The position numbers and the translations under genes were made by a program. DNA of 64,000 bases from a virus. Position 1 is the first letter of the stretch; every line of letters starts with the position of its first letter. The notes below the pieces were generated by a model that was given only the letters and a program-made list of their open reading frames with translations, ran no database searches and had not been told where the DNA came from. This document shows, one piece after another, positions 11,040 through 21,255 of this stretch. The DNA lies in the IMG/VR virus record IMGVR_UViG_3300021475_000001, positions 32,001 to 96,000 of that record, one strand, 5' to 3'.

Positions 11040-12032
11040 ATGTCACACGAAGTGGAAACGATGGCCTGGAATGCCGAGAAGCCTTGGCATGGTCTGGGTT
11101 TTGAAGTGTCAGACGATCTGACGGCTGACGAAATGCTGGTTGCTGCCGGTCTTGACTGGACTGTCAGTAAGCGTCCGGTGTACTTCCCCAAGAAGAACAC
11201 CGAGCAAGTCGAGCTTAAGCTTATCCCCAACAAGTTCGCGCTAACGCGCGACAGTGACGAGTCGATGCTCGATATCGTTGGTGATAACTACAAGCCGGTC
11301 CAGAATCAGGACGCGTTCACTTTCTTCAAGCGTTTTGTGGACGCTGGCGGCATGAAGATGGAAACCGCCGGTTCTCTCCGTGGGGGTCAGTTCGTTTGGG
11401 GTCTCGCAAAAATTCAGGAGTCGTTCTTTGTTGGCAACAACGAAGAGGACGAAATCAGGGGGTATCTGTTGCTGACGCAACCGCATCGCTTTGGTTTTTC
11501 CATGGTTGCCGCACTGACGCCTGTTCGCGTTGTGTGCATGAACACGATGCGCATGGCGTTGGGTGAAAGTCTCAAGGGCAAGAGCAACGCGGGCGTGTTT
11601 CGTATGCCGCACTCGCGCGCCTTTGATGACGAGGTGAAGTTAGCCGCTGAACAGGCACTCGGTCTTGCCAAGGTTGGCATGCAGCAGTTGCAGGAAGCTG
11701 CCGACGTGCTGTCGAATACCCGGATCAATCAAGACGAGTTGATCACCTACTTTCACAATGTCGCCAACACCGACATTGAAGAGGGTCAGGACGATCCGGA
11801 GAAGTTCACGCGTACCATCAAGACGCTGTTGGAAGCGATTGATATGGCACCGGGTCAGAACCTCAAGACGGCAGAAGGCACTGTGTGGGGCGCGTACAAT
11901 GCAGTGACTTACGTTGCCGATCACATTCTTGGACGTGACGAGAACCGTCTGGCGAATACCTGGCTCGGTTCCGGGGCAACGCTCAAGCGTCGCGCACTTG
12001 ACCTGGCGATGGACTTTGCCAACGCAGCGTAA
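11040..12032 (+). CDS. DUF932 family protein (phage/plasmid TIGR03299-like)
   Basis: PWHGLG, AGLDWTV, YKPVQN, ETAGSL.GG, PVRVVC.NT, GT.WGAYNAVT.Y.DH. Confidence 0.85.
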   Translation: MSHEVETMAWNAEKPWHGLGFEVSDDLTADEMLVAAGLDWTVSKRPVYFPKKNTEQVELKLIPNKFALTRDSDESMLDIVGDNYKPVQNQDAFTFFKRFVDAGGMKMETAGSLRGGQFVWGLAKIQESFFVGNNEEDEIRGYLLLTQPHRFGFSMVAALTPVRVVCMNTMRMALGESLKGKSNAGVFRMPHSRAFDDEVKLAAEQALGLAKVGMQQLQEAADVLSNTRINQDELITYFHNVANTDIEEGQDDPEKFTRTIKTLLEAIDMAPGQNLKTAEGTVWGAYNAVTYVADHILGRDENRLANTWLGSGATLKRRALDLAMDFANAA

Positions 12033-12047
12033 AACCTGTATACTCTC

Positions 12048-12084
12048 AAAGAGAGGTGGGGGCAACCTCGCCTCTCTTTTTTTT
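12048..12084 (+). terminator. intrinsic terminator
   Basis: AAAGAGAGGTGGGG-GCAA-CCTCGCCTCTCTTT followed by a T run. Confidence 0.75.
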
Positions 12085-12097
12085 GGAGAACTTAGTG

Positions 12098-13075
12098 ATG
12101 ACTGATGATTACGATGAACCAGAAGACAGTTGGGAAGGTGATCCCAAGGACGTGTGGGTAGAGTTTTTGGAACCTGTCAAGCGCATGTCGCGTGATATGA
12201 AACTTGCGGCAGCGACACTTGGTGATAGGGAAGCACGGCATCTGGTAGACTCTTACTACATCATGCAGGAAGATCGCAAGCGTGCCGCTGGGCAGCAACG
12301 CGCACTCACCAGTTCGGGTGAACCTCACTCGGTGATAAACTGGATTTACAACCAGTCAAGCACGTTGGAAAATCAGATCAAGTCGGCACTGGACGTGTAC
12401 TCCGAAAGTCACGTTATGGGTAGCTGGATGCGACAAATAACCGGCATTGGTCCCGTTCTTAGCGCCGGACTTCTCGCGCATATCTATATGGGTGAGTGGT
12501 GCAGTGTCTGTCATGCGCACGATGCTGAGAAGTGTGTGAAGTTGCAGGAGAAGGACAAAAACAAAACCATCGAAAAGCATGATTTTATCCCAGAGTATTC
12601 TTGTCCGACAGTTGGTCACATTTGGTCATTTGCTGGGTGGGCTTCTGACGGTCAAAAGGCGTGGGAGAAGGGTGAGAAACGACCTTTCAATGCCAAGTTC
12701 AGGGTGCTGTGTTGGAAAGCTGGTCAATCGTTTCTCAAACTCAGCAACAATCCAAAGTGCTTTTACGGTGTTGAATATCGCAAGCGCAAAGAGTACGAGA
12801 TTGCGCGTAACGAACGTGGGGACTTAGCAGCGCAAGCTGCTCTTGGTGCTGCACGTGTTGACAAGTACACCGATGCGTACAAGTACTACATTCAAGGCAA
12901 GTTGCCTCCTGCCCATATCGACGCGCGTGCAAGACGCTGGGCTGTGAAGCTGTTTCTGGCACACTTGCATGGTGAATGGTACGAGCGTAACACCGGTAAA
13001 CCTGCACCTGCTCCATATCCAATCTCGCACTTAGGACACGTGCATGTCATTCCGTCACCAGTGAAGAAGGGTTGA
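12098..13075 (+). CDS. TasA-like Nop-domain RNA-binding protein (IS110 C-terminal-like, no RuvC)
   Basis: Coiled coil, then GIGPVLSAGLL, IWSFAGW, PFNAKFRVLCW, HIDARARRWAVKLFL; no N-terminal DEDD domain; 36-nt dual-repeat array ~100 bp downstream. Confidence 0.75.
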   Translation: MTDDYDEPEDSWEGDPKDVWVEFLEPVKRMSRDMKLAAATLGDREARHLVDSYYIMQEDRKRAAGQQRALTSSGEPHSVINWIYNQSSTLENQIKSALDVYSESHVMGSWMRQITGIGPVLSAGLLAHIYMGEWCSVCHAHDAEKCVKLQEKDKNKTIEKHDFIPEYSCPTVGHIWSFAGWASDGQKAWEKGEKRPFNAKFRVLCWKAGQSFLKLSNNPKCFYGVEYRKRKEYEIARNERGDLAAQAALGAARVDKYTDAYKYYIQGKLPPAHIDARARRWAVKLFLAHLHGEWYERNTGKPAPAPYPISHLGHVHVIPSPVKKG

Positions 13076-13078
13076 TTG

Positions 13079-13171
13079 ATGGGTGGCCTATACTTTGTAT
13101 TCGGAATGATGGTTGGAGGTGGCGGCATATATTTGCTGCTTCACCATTTGCAGCTAATCGTTCCCTTCTAA
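13079..13171 (+). CDS. 30-aa hydrophobic peptide
   Basis: MGGLYFVFGMMVGGGGIYLLLHHLQLIVPF; lies between the TasA-like gene and the array. Confidence 0.4.
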   Translation: MGGLYFVFGMMVGGGGIYLLLHHLQLIVPF

Positions 13172-13287
13172 GAATAATCACCAGAGTTGAGAGGACCAAA
13201 CAGAGCGAATGAGTCATCTTGCGAGAGAGTGCCAAAAGGAAAGAACGAGTCAAGTTCCAACGAGAGTACCAGGAAGTGAGAACGTGA
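13172..13287 (+). ncRNA. TIGR-like array 1 (Tas-adjacent, ~3 units)
   Basis: GAGAG(G/T)(A/G)CCA at 13189, 13225, 13262 alternating with GAA(T/C)GAGTCA at 13207, 13243. Confidence 0.75.
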
Positions 13288-13315
13288 AAGCCCCCTAACG
13301 GGGGCTTTCACTTTT
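13284..13315 (+). terminator. intrinsic terminator after array 1
   Basis: GTGAAAGCCCCC-TAAC-GGGGGCTTTCAC then TTTT. Confidence 0.75.
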
Positions 13316-13611
13316 GTGTTACCTCGATAGAGACTTGACTGTGTGAGTCACTCATGTGACACTCACCTACACAGTGACTAGAGAGAGGTTGTCATGATTG
13401 CTGCATTCTCTGAGCCAGCCAGAATGGACCCCAATTGCGAGCTACGTATTGGTATCGCGTCGTGGGACGACGGCACTGGTACCGAAAAGTCAGCCAAGTA
13501 CACTTGGTTCGATAAGAATGGTAAAGCCTGTCGCGGCGGTGAACTTCCAATCGCTGCACTACCGCAGATGTTAGAGTTCGCCATCCGCACCGGCTATCTG
13601 ATTTTGTGAGA

Positions 13612-13688
13612 TGGGGTGATCGGAGGGAATCGAACCCTCGAATAACCGGATCACAACCGGTCGCGTTTACCACTTCGCCACGATCACC
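13612..13688 (-). tRNA. tRNA-His (GUG) with G-1:C73 and encoded CCA
   Basis: Full cloverleaf: G-GTGATCG acceptor, ACCGG-TTGTGAT-CCGGT anticodon arm, GAGGG-TTCGATT-CCCTC T arm, CCA. Confidence 0.93.
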
Positions 13689-13696
13689 AAAGTCTC

Positions 13697-15289
13697 CTAG
13701 TCAGCCGCTTCCAAATCTAGAAGCAGTTGACTAGGGTCTTTCGCCAGTGACTGAAAAATATCGCGACCTTCACGGTGAAAGTCGAGTATCTTTGGATCAA
13801 CCGTCTTACGCATCATCAGATCAAACAGAAATACCGGCCAGCGTTGTCCCTGGCGTGACAGACGCCGCTCGCACTGTTCACGGTCAATTACACTGACGGG
13901 TGACTCATAAAAGAACCCGTAGTTAGCGGCTTGTAGATTGAGTCCGTAACCACCTTTTCTCCAACCGACGACTAAGTGACGAAACGATGGGTTGTTGTTG
14001 AACTTGTTTTTGATGCTATCCCAATCTTTGGTGCCGCCGTGTAGCCAACCGTATTGGATTTTCGCTTTGGTCAGTGCGTTGCAAATTTGTTGACCAGACC
14101 AAGTAAATTCATGAAAAATTACGCACTTACGATTATCTGGTAGATCAGACAGCAAATCCATCAGCAAGTCGAGTTTGGGGTTTTGATCAAACTCAATGAT
14201 AGAGCGTTCACTGTCGTTGTCTTCATCGATCAGTCCCACAAAGCCGGATGAAATCTGTCGCATACGAATAAACGAATTGGCGATCACACGATGGTTCTTT
14301 TTGGCGCGAATGATTTCATCGATGCACTGCTGATAGTATGTTACGGTATTACCAGGCATCGAACAGTATTTTGGTATACGTGTCAGTTCTGGTAGGTCCA
14401 TCACCTCGTCTACATCGTAGTAGATCGAACGATGACCGAGAAACTTCTGGAACTCCGGTTCACGTTTCTTATCAAAGGTGTATTCCATTCCACCAAAATA
14501 GCCACGCTTCGCCTTGAAGAACACTTCACGAAACAGCCCGAGTGTGTTACCAAAACTTTCACCATGGTCGACCAGATTAAACTGCGGCCAAACCGGCATT
14601 GGGTCGCGACCAAACAAGCGTCCTGCTAGTGCAAAGCGTATTGGTGCCTTTGTCGATGCAGTACGTGACACTTTGTAGAACAACTTACCAATGGCTTTGG
14701 TGCTTTCGTCCCAGACGAAGGCGTCAAACTTGCTTGACAGATAGTCGATACGCTCGCGCTCGGGTTCAAAGTGTGTGACTGGTTTCTTTTCACCAGTTGG
14801 TGTCAGCTTCTCGCGTGTCACCTTGCTACTGGACATAGTGGCGAAGCCTGTGTGTGTCGCAATCGCCAGTCCGGTGTCAAGTTTATCCAGTAAATACCAC
14901 TTTTCACGATTGGAACCAAGAAGCAGCTTATAGGGTATATCGATCTGCCACTTGATGATTTCATCTTCCCAACCACCCACCACTTCATCGGTGTTGGCGA
15001 GAATGATACCGCACTTCATCTTGTTGGCTTTGATGTACCAACGGAGAAGCTCAAGTGTCAGTCGGGTCTTACCGACACCCATACTGAGATGAAAAACAAA
15101 CTGTCCATAAGCTACACCGAGAATAAAGCACACCTTCTGTGCCGTGTTCAGCGTGTACACATTGGGATGCACTGACGGACGTATCTCCGACAGCATTTCA
15201 TCCAGTTCCTGTTCAGACAGACTTTTCATCCAGACAAAATTCTCGGCCGGTCTGGCCAAGTATTGGCTTACTGCGCTTCGAGAAATCAT
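13697..15289 (-). CDS. SF2 (SNF2-like) helicase
   Basis: MGVGKT, WDEST, GYGLNLQ, QCERRLSRQGQ. Confidence 0.8.
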   Translation of the reverse strand: MISRSAVSQYLARPAENFVWMKSLSEQELDEMLSEIRPSVHPNVYTLNTAQKVCFILGVAYGQFVFHLSMGVGKTRLTLELLRWYIKANKMKCGIILANTDEVVGGWEDEIIKWQIDIPYKLLLGSNREKWYLLDKLDTGLAIATHTGFATMSSSKVTREKLTPTGEKKPVTHFEPERERIDYLSSKFDAFVWDESTKAIGKLFYKVSRTASTKAPIRFALAGRLFGRDPMPVWPQFNLVDHGESFGNTLGLFREVFFKAKRGYFGGMEYTFDKKREPEFQKFLGHRSIYYDVDEVMDLPELTRIPKYCSMPGNTVTYYQQCIDEIIRAKKNHRVIANSFIRMRQISSGFVGLIDEDNDSERSIIEFDQNPKLDLLMDLLSDLPDNRKCVIFHEFTWSGQQICNALTKAKIQYGWLHGGTKDWDSIKNKFNNNPSFRHLVVGWRKGGYGLNLQAANYGFFYESPVSVIDREQCERRLSRQGQRWPVFLFDLMMRKTVDPKILDFHREGRDIFQSLAKDPSQLLLDLEAAD

Positions 15290-15587
15290 TATTGTCTCTT
15301 GAGACGGAAGTCAGCCCACGCATACAGTGTAGTTTGTAGGGCTTCATTACCTGTTGGATTGATAAGCGCCATTTCCTGATCGAGGATGCCGCGCTGTCTT
15401 AGTATTTTCGCGAGTTTATTCCCGGCAGCGGCTGGGGCATTTGTTTGATACCGACGACCATTAATGACTGTCCAGGCGTGCCAACTTCTGTCAGGTAAGC
15501 TACGCAAGTGTATCTCAATCATTTAGTCACCTTATACCAAAAAGGTGGGGAGGACCGAAGCCCTCCCCAGTTTAAGTGATAGAAAGG

Positions 15588-16367
15588 TTAGCTACGCTGA
15601 CAACGGCGTATCAACCCTAGCCCCAACAAGGCTGTACCCAGCAAGGCAAGACTCGCCGGCTCCGGAACCGGAGGAGGCGGAGGAGGCGGAGGTGGTGGCG
15701 GTGAAGGACCGCATGACCCGCCCGGAGGACAATCTACGAACCCCGTGTTTGTCCATGAGGTGTCGAAGATTGTCACCTGGTTGTTCCCGACGTTTTGGGC
15801 GAACGGGAAGACGATATCACCGTTGGCGAACAGACCGGTGAAGTTGATCTCATCCTTGCCTTGGAAGGCGTGGTTGGCCGTGAATGAGTACACGGACAAC
15901 GACGCTGGCGTGGACAGACCGTCAGCGGTGTACGCGGCGTTGATGTTAGTTTCGTTGAGTGAGTTGTCACATGCAACGCAACCGACGTAGGTGTAAAGGT
16001 CGGAAGCGGAGCCTGTCGGAAACGGGGTGCCTGAGAACAACCCGTTTGCGGTGACAGTCACTGATGTTGCCGGTTGGCTATCAAACAGATAAGAAGCACT
16101 GCTGATAGTCGGAACGGGGGCTCCTACCGGGGTAGCAATGTAGACGGTCAGAGGCGTGTTGATATTCTGTCCGCCTACGTCCTGAATGCTGAACGATTTG
16201 TTGTTGTTCAGCAGTACTGGGTCCGATCCTGTGGCTCCTGTAGCCGTTACGTGAAAGGACGTGGGATCGATATAATCGATCCCATTGATGATGACATCAG
16301 CGTTGGCGATACCTGGGGCCATAAGCCCCAGGATCGCAACGCCAGCCAGAAGGGCTGACTTATGCAT
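15588..16367 (-). CDS. PEP-CTERM sorting-signal surface protein
   Basis: Signal peptide; poly-Pro linker; VPEPASLALLGTALLGLGLIRR. Confidence 0.9.
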   Translation of the reverse strand: MHKSALLAGVAILGLMAPGIANADVIINGIDYIDPTSFHVTATGATGSDPVLLNNNKSFSIQDVGGQNINTPLTVYIATPVGAPVPTISSASYLFDSQPATSVTVTANGLFSGTPFPTGSASDLYTYVGCVACDNSLNETNINAAYTADGLSTPASLSVYSFTANHAFQGKDEINFTGLFANGDIVFPFAQNVGNNQVTIFDTSWTNTGFVDCPPGGSCGPSPPPPPPPPPPPVPEPASLALLGTALLGLGLIRRCQRS

Positions 16368-17043
16368 TCGCCATCCCTCCCTTCACGCCATTGCGGCGGC
16401 GACGCAACCAGCCGAAGCCAACTAGCGCCGTACCCAAAAGACCAAGGGTTCCAGGTTCTGGCACTTGTGCCTGAATAACCTCGGTAAGGTCTGCACCGCC
16501 CGCTCCGGTAGCGTGGACGATGTAACGCTCCGTCAACGAGTACGGCCCAGCCCCGGTAGCTACAGTGGTAGTGAGGCTTTGGGTCTGGTTGCTCGCCGTA
16601 AAGGTGGCGTCTTCAAGTATTGAACCGAGTGGGACACCCGGCGGTACGCCATCGTTAGACTGGAGCGATGTGGTCAGTTCCACGCTGGTTATACTACCAG
16701 TTAAGAGGTTGGTAGTTAGCGAGGAAATAAACGGGATAGAGCCGAGAGGTGATGTTAGCCCCGTTTCCGTGACCCACAGCGTAAAGGTTCCCGCACCCGT
16801 AGTGTTAAACGTGATGGTGTTGCTAAACAACGTCCCGCTGGGTGCAGGCGGCGTACCAGCAGCCGTACCTTGTGCCGACCAATTACCGACCGTAGTCGGG
16901 CCGAAATTGACCGGGCTGGTACCCGTGTTAGTTACCGTCGCGGTACCGTCCGTGCCGGTAATCGTGATAGGGTTAGCATTGGCCGCAGGTGACACCCCCA
17001 GGAGAAGGGCACCTACTGCCGCAGTGGTTAACAAGGTCTTCAT
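16360..17043 (-). CDS. PEP-CTERM sorting-signal surface protein
   Basis: Signal peptide; Thr/Gly-rich body; VPEPGTLGLLGTALVGFGWLRRRR. Confidence 0.9.
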   Translation of the reverse strand: MKTLLTTAAVGALLLGVSPAANANPITITGTDGTATVTNTGTSPVNFGPTTVGNWSAQGTAAGTPPAPSGTLFSNTITFNTTGAGTFTLWVTETGLTSPLGSIPFISSLTTNLLTGSITSVELTTSLQSNDGVPPGVPLGSILEDATFTASNQTQSLTTTVATGAGPYSLTERYIVHATGAGGADLTEVIQAQVPEPGTLGLLGTALVGFGWLRRRRNGVKGGMANA

Positions 17044-17411
17044 AGCTAAGTTTTCCCTTATGGGAATTAAGGTGCATTCTGTTAGTGGCTACGGTGATCC
17101 TGGATTTCTTGTTGTCTTTCGAGCCTGTTATTGTTGGGCAAATTGCCAAATGAAATTTTTAGTCGCGAAGTCTCGGGTCGATATTGACCTTGGTGTCGGG
17201 ACCAATAAGTTCCTGCACTTCATGTGTCATGGCTTGTTCGGTCGCACCGGAGAAGATGAATATCTCTATGCCTGGTATATCTCTGACAGCATCGTGAATG
17301 GCGATGGGATGTCCCTTCTTCAGTTCTTCGAGGTTTTTGTGTGTCAATCCCAGAATTAGAAGTGACACTTCCTTACCATTACGGACGCCTTTTGCTTGCA
17401 TTCTCAACATG

Positions 17412-18056
17412 TTACAATACTGCTCTGCGTCTATAACCTGCGGGTACTTCATAGTCTTCTGGTCGTTCTAGTGTAGACCGACACGGTGGTATCCAAACTG
17501 GGGGCTTTGGTGCAATCGACTTCATCCAAACAAGCCATGAATAACTGGTTGCAGTGGTGTTATCGGCTGCTACTCGTCCCTTGTTTATTGGTACACGTTC
17601 GGAAAAGAATGCCAGAATTGATGGGGGTCTTTCTCGGAAAATCCTGTTGTAGCGACCGACACTCTCAACGAACACTGTACGTGAGAATATAGATACACCC
17701 ACTGACGCTATTGTCAAGCTCTTGTTTAAGAACTCTTCAGCGCGCTTAAATGGTGGGTTAGTGATAATCCAATCGTATTGTCCAGGCTTGTAATCGTAGG
17801 TGAGAAAGTCGCGTGTCTCGTTGTGACCAAAATCCAGTGCATCATAAGCGTCTACTTCACCAAAGTACTCACGCAGAGTGCGTGACATATACCCAGCACC
17901 ACAGCCGGGTTCAAGACAGGTGTTCTTCTGCCAATGGTCACCAATCACGTGTTCGATCAGCGCACGTGTGGCCCAGGGTGGTGTCGGGAAGTCATCAAAG
18001 CTGTCGGCAGGTTCGGTCCTCTGCGCCATCACGGCGTGACTGGTATTCTGCATCAT
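17412..18056 (-). CDS. DNA amino-methyltransferase
   Basis: FPTPPW, LEPGCGAG (SAM binding), ITNPPF (catalytic). Confidence 0.75.
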   Translation of the reverse strand: MMQNTSHAVMAQRTEPADSFDDFPTPPWATRALIEHVIGDHWQKNTCLEPGCGAGYMSRTLREYFGEVDAYDALDFGHNETRDFLTYDYKPGQYDWIITNPPFKRAEEFLNKSLTIASVGVSIFSRTVFVESVGRYNRIFRERPPSILAFFSERVPINKGRVAADNTTATSYSWLVWMKSIAPKPPVWIPPCRSTLERPEDYEVPAGYRRRAVL

Positions 18057-18393
18057 TGTCCCTTGGTGTCGAATGGAACGACGATAACACGCCAGCTAGT
18101 CAATGGACGATTTGGTGAACCATCAATCAGTATAGGATAATTTGGACTAATCATACGGTAGTAAGTCATGGCTTCAGTTGGATCAAGAAATATCTTGGCT
18201 TCTGAGGGGGTGTCACAAACCGTTAGTGTGAAGTTTAGTTCGTGGTCAATGTGCGGATCATACATCTGGATGTACATGCCGGACAGACCCTCGAAATACT
18301 GCCCGTCCTTGCGCTCAAGTATCTGCAAGACGCATGTGTTCATCAGGATCGATCCTAGAGCGCAGGGAGCGTCACCTGTGCGTCTGTTTCACG

Positions 18394-20127
18394 TCACTCG
18401 CAGTTGCGTCTGCCTGAGAGAGGATCGATGTCACAGGCGTCTCCCTCGACAAAGATCACAGGCGTGTCTTCAGCGTCACTCAGCAGTGAACCGCGTTTGC
18501 CAGCGATATTGTAAGTGGCACAACCTTTACCACCATTCTGCCAGACTGTCTGATAGATGCCTTTAAAGGCGGCCCACGGCATTTTGCGCCCATCCATGTT
18601 CACGGTTTTGGAGGCAGCCGAGTCAAGATGCTTTTGCGCAGCCAGCAATACCTTCACATGTTCCGCTGCGGTGACATCCGCTGCCAGCTTGCCTTTGACA
18701 TCGAGAAACTTGATACCGTAGTCTTCCAACACCTCGATTACCGCACCAGTGGGGGTGTTTATCGGGCGTTCCTGACGATAGGCGAACACGGGTTCGATTG
18801 AAGATGACACATTGTCGGCGCAGAGTGAAATTGTACCAGTAGGTGCAATAGAAGTGAGGTGCGAGTTACGAATACCATATTTCTTGATTTCGTAGCGCAC
18901 TTCCTCTGACAGGGTTTTGACATATTCACCAGCCAAGTAACGCTCGGCATCAAACAGAGGAAACGAACCTTTCTCTTGTGCCAACGCTGATGAAGCGAGA
19001 TAGGCTGTGTCGTTGATGATTTCCAGAACCCTTTCTTCGAACTCACAGAAATCGTCACTACCATATGGTAAGCCCAGTGCTTCACCGGTATTAGCCAGAC
19101 CAGTGATACCAAGTCCCATACGACGCTTGGTGATAGCTTCGGCGCGTTGTTCCGCCAATGGATAGCGCGACTTATCGATGACATTATCCATGGCACGAAC
19201 TACCGGCCAGACATCTGACTTTAGATGATCAAAGTCAAACGAATAGGGATTTTGACCAATACGTACCGGCTGCCGTGATAGATATTTCACCAGATTGAAT
19301 GAACCTAAAAGACAAGCACCAAACGGTGGTAGTGGTTGTTCACTGCAAGGATTGGTACTGGCGATGGTTTCACAGTAGTACAAATTGTTCATGCGATTTA
19401 TGGTGTCGATAAACACCACACCAGGTTCGGCCCAATCCCAGGTCGAACGCATCAGATTTTCCCATAGTTCGGCGGCGTCAACATAGCGATAATTCTTGCC
19501 GCCCCAGCGTAGTGCAAATTCACTACCAGTTTCTACGGCTTCCATAAACTCGTCAGTCACTGCCACACTGATATTGAAACCTATGAGTTTGTCACGGTTG
19601 TTTTTAGCGTGAATGAACTCTTCAATGTCTGGGTGATCAATACGGAGTATCCCCATCTGAGCACCGCGTCGATGTCCACTACTAGCAGTGGCCAAGCAGA
19701 CCGCGTCGTATATATGCATAAACGAGACTGGGCCGGATGATTGGGATTGCAGTTTAGCAACCAATTCTCCACGGGGGCGGAGAGACGAAAAGTCATAGCC
19801 AATACCACCTCCCATGCGCATCGTTGCGGCAGCTTCGTGCGCGCGATGCATAATCGAGCCTGGACCTTCCACATAAGAGTCAGCAATGGTGCCACTGACA
19901 AAGCAGTTGTGACTCGTCACGTGCTTGGACGATCCCACTGCCGATTGTATGCGACCGCCGCCGAGAAAACGTTGATCGATGATCACTTCACGAAACTGGT
20001 GATAGTGATTGTCCGAGTCCTTTAGACCAAACGCCACTCGGTTCATCGACTCTCGAAAGTCTTCACCAGGTGAACGATACTTCATCCCGTGCAACCTATC
20101 AGCCGGTTCAGTCTGTGGTCCCATCAT
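18394..20127 (-). CDS. nrdJ: ribonucleotide reductase, class II (B12-dependent)
   Basis: NCFV, GGGIG, RRGAQM, TNPCSEQ, ACLLGS, IAPTGTIS; no beta subunit nearby. Confidence 0.85.
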   Translation of the reverse strand: MMGPQTEPADRLHGMKYRSPGEDFRESMNRVAFGLKDSDNHYHQFREVIIDQRFLGGGRIQSAVGSSKHVTSHNCFVSGTIADSYVEGPGSIMHRAHEAAATMRMGGGIGYDFSSLRPRGELVAKLQSQSSGPVSFMHIYDAVCLATASSGHRRGAQMGILRIDHPDIEEFIHAKNNRDKLIGFNISVAVTDEFMEAVETGSEFALRWGGKNYRYVDAAELWENLMRSTWDWAEPGVVFIDTINRMNNLYYCETIASTNPCSEQPLPPFGACLLGSFNLVKYLSRQPVRIGQNPYSFDFDHLKSDVWPVVRAMDNVIDKSRYPLAEQRAEAITKRRMGLGITGLANTGEALGLPYGSDDFCEFEERVLEIINDTAYLASSALAQEKGSFPLFDAERYLAGEYVKTLSEEVRYEIKKYGIRNSHLTSIAPTGTISLCADNVSSSIEPVFAYRQERPINTPTGAVIEVLEDYGIKFLDVKGKLAADVTAAEHVKVLLAAQKHLDSAASKTVNMDGRKMPWAAFKGIYQTVWQNGGKGCATYNIAGKRGSLLSDAEDTPVIFVEGDACDIDPLSGRRNCE

Positions 20128-20889
20128 TCAACCCCTTTAGGTGTGTAAGCTGGTCCTTCACCCGCTTCATGGAGTTTACCAAATATATCCTCAACAAGCA
20201 TTGGGCAGTGTTTTTCTGCCCACTTTATTGCTTCTTCTTTAGTCAATGGGGTTACTCTGTAACCCTCTTCTGGTTGTGTATCATCATAGGAATAGCTAAA
20301 GTAATGACCCCAAACATTCTGCAATAATCCTACTTCATATTGAAATCCACAATATTCAGTACCGTCATCCTCGTCACTATCATAACGATACAGAACACTC
20401 GCCGTTTCGGTATCATAGGCCAGACCGTTAATAACCCGCCTGATTTTGGGTAATTCTCGTATCTTTGGTTTAATATTGATCATGGCATTGCCTCAGTGCA
20501 GCAGTGTCACATGTGCGGCTTTCCGGTACTCTTCGATATTGGGGTCGTAGTGAGGCCAAGCCAGTTTGATGGCTCGGGCCAGTTCCAGTTCACTTACCGG
20601 AATGTGTTTGACGTGAAATTCACGCAATAGGTTCAGCAACTTAAGACGAATTTCATGATTGTCCAGATCGGCGCGGAACCAAGCGATGAATTGACTTCTT
20701 GGTAAGATGAGTGGTACTAAAGCTGGAAACTCGTAGCCGTAGTCCAACTTGAATTTGGCACGAAAGTCTTCAATAAAAGACTGAATGGTAATTACCATAT
20801 CGCCACTGAGAGGTTCACCAATAAAGCGTTGCATGTGACGCATCAGGAGCGCGAAGGTCTGTTGGACGCGTGGGTCTTCGAATGCAAGT

Positions 20890-21255
20890 TCAGACATCTT
20901 TGATTTCCATCACTTCGACACCGGCTGCATCAGCTTGTCGCATCATGTCGTCAGTGCCTGCATGTCCTGGGAAGGCAATGACTAAATCGGGATCGTAATC
21001 AGACAACATACGTCGGTTGCGAATAGGTCCAGCGGCTTTACCGTGTCTGTCCCACTCCGCTGGTACAGGTACTACCGTAATACCCCGTAGCAATGCCCAG
21101 TTGTGTGCGAGACGATCAGCACCCGGTGCGTCACCGTGTATCACTGTGTCAAAGGGACCGTGTTCGATCTGTAGTTCATCCAGCTTCCTAAACAGAAACT
21201 GTTGTTTATTGTAGTCACGGCCTCCACAGATGATGACTCGAAGTCCCTTTCTCAT
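20890..21255 (-). CDS. SLOG/YspA-like (DUF2493) protein
   Basis: ICGGRDY, IHGDAPGAD, AAGPIRN, AFPG..GT. Confidence 0.8.
   Translation of the reverse strand: MRKGLRVIICGGRDYNKQQFLFRKLDELQIEHGPFDTVIHGDAPGADRLAHNWALLRGITVVPVPAEWDRHGKAAGPIRNRRMLSDYDPDLVIAFPGHAGTDDMMRQADAAGVEVMEIKDV

Noticed and set aside
12056-13075. IS110 transposase / insertion sequence
   Set aside because: No N-terminal DEDD RuvC domain, no catalytic SG motif after the AG motif, and no element ends. The ORF-track start at 12056 lies inside a terminator; 12098 has an RBS.
15670-15705. GGAGGC microsatellite
   Set aside because: It simply encodes the poly-proline linker of the PEP-CTERM protein.
16565-17359. 264-aa plus-strand ORF
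   Set aside because: Antisense shadow of the PEP-CTERM gene.
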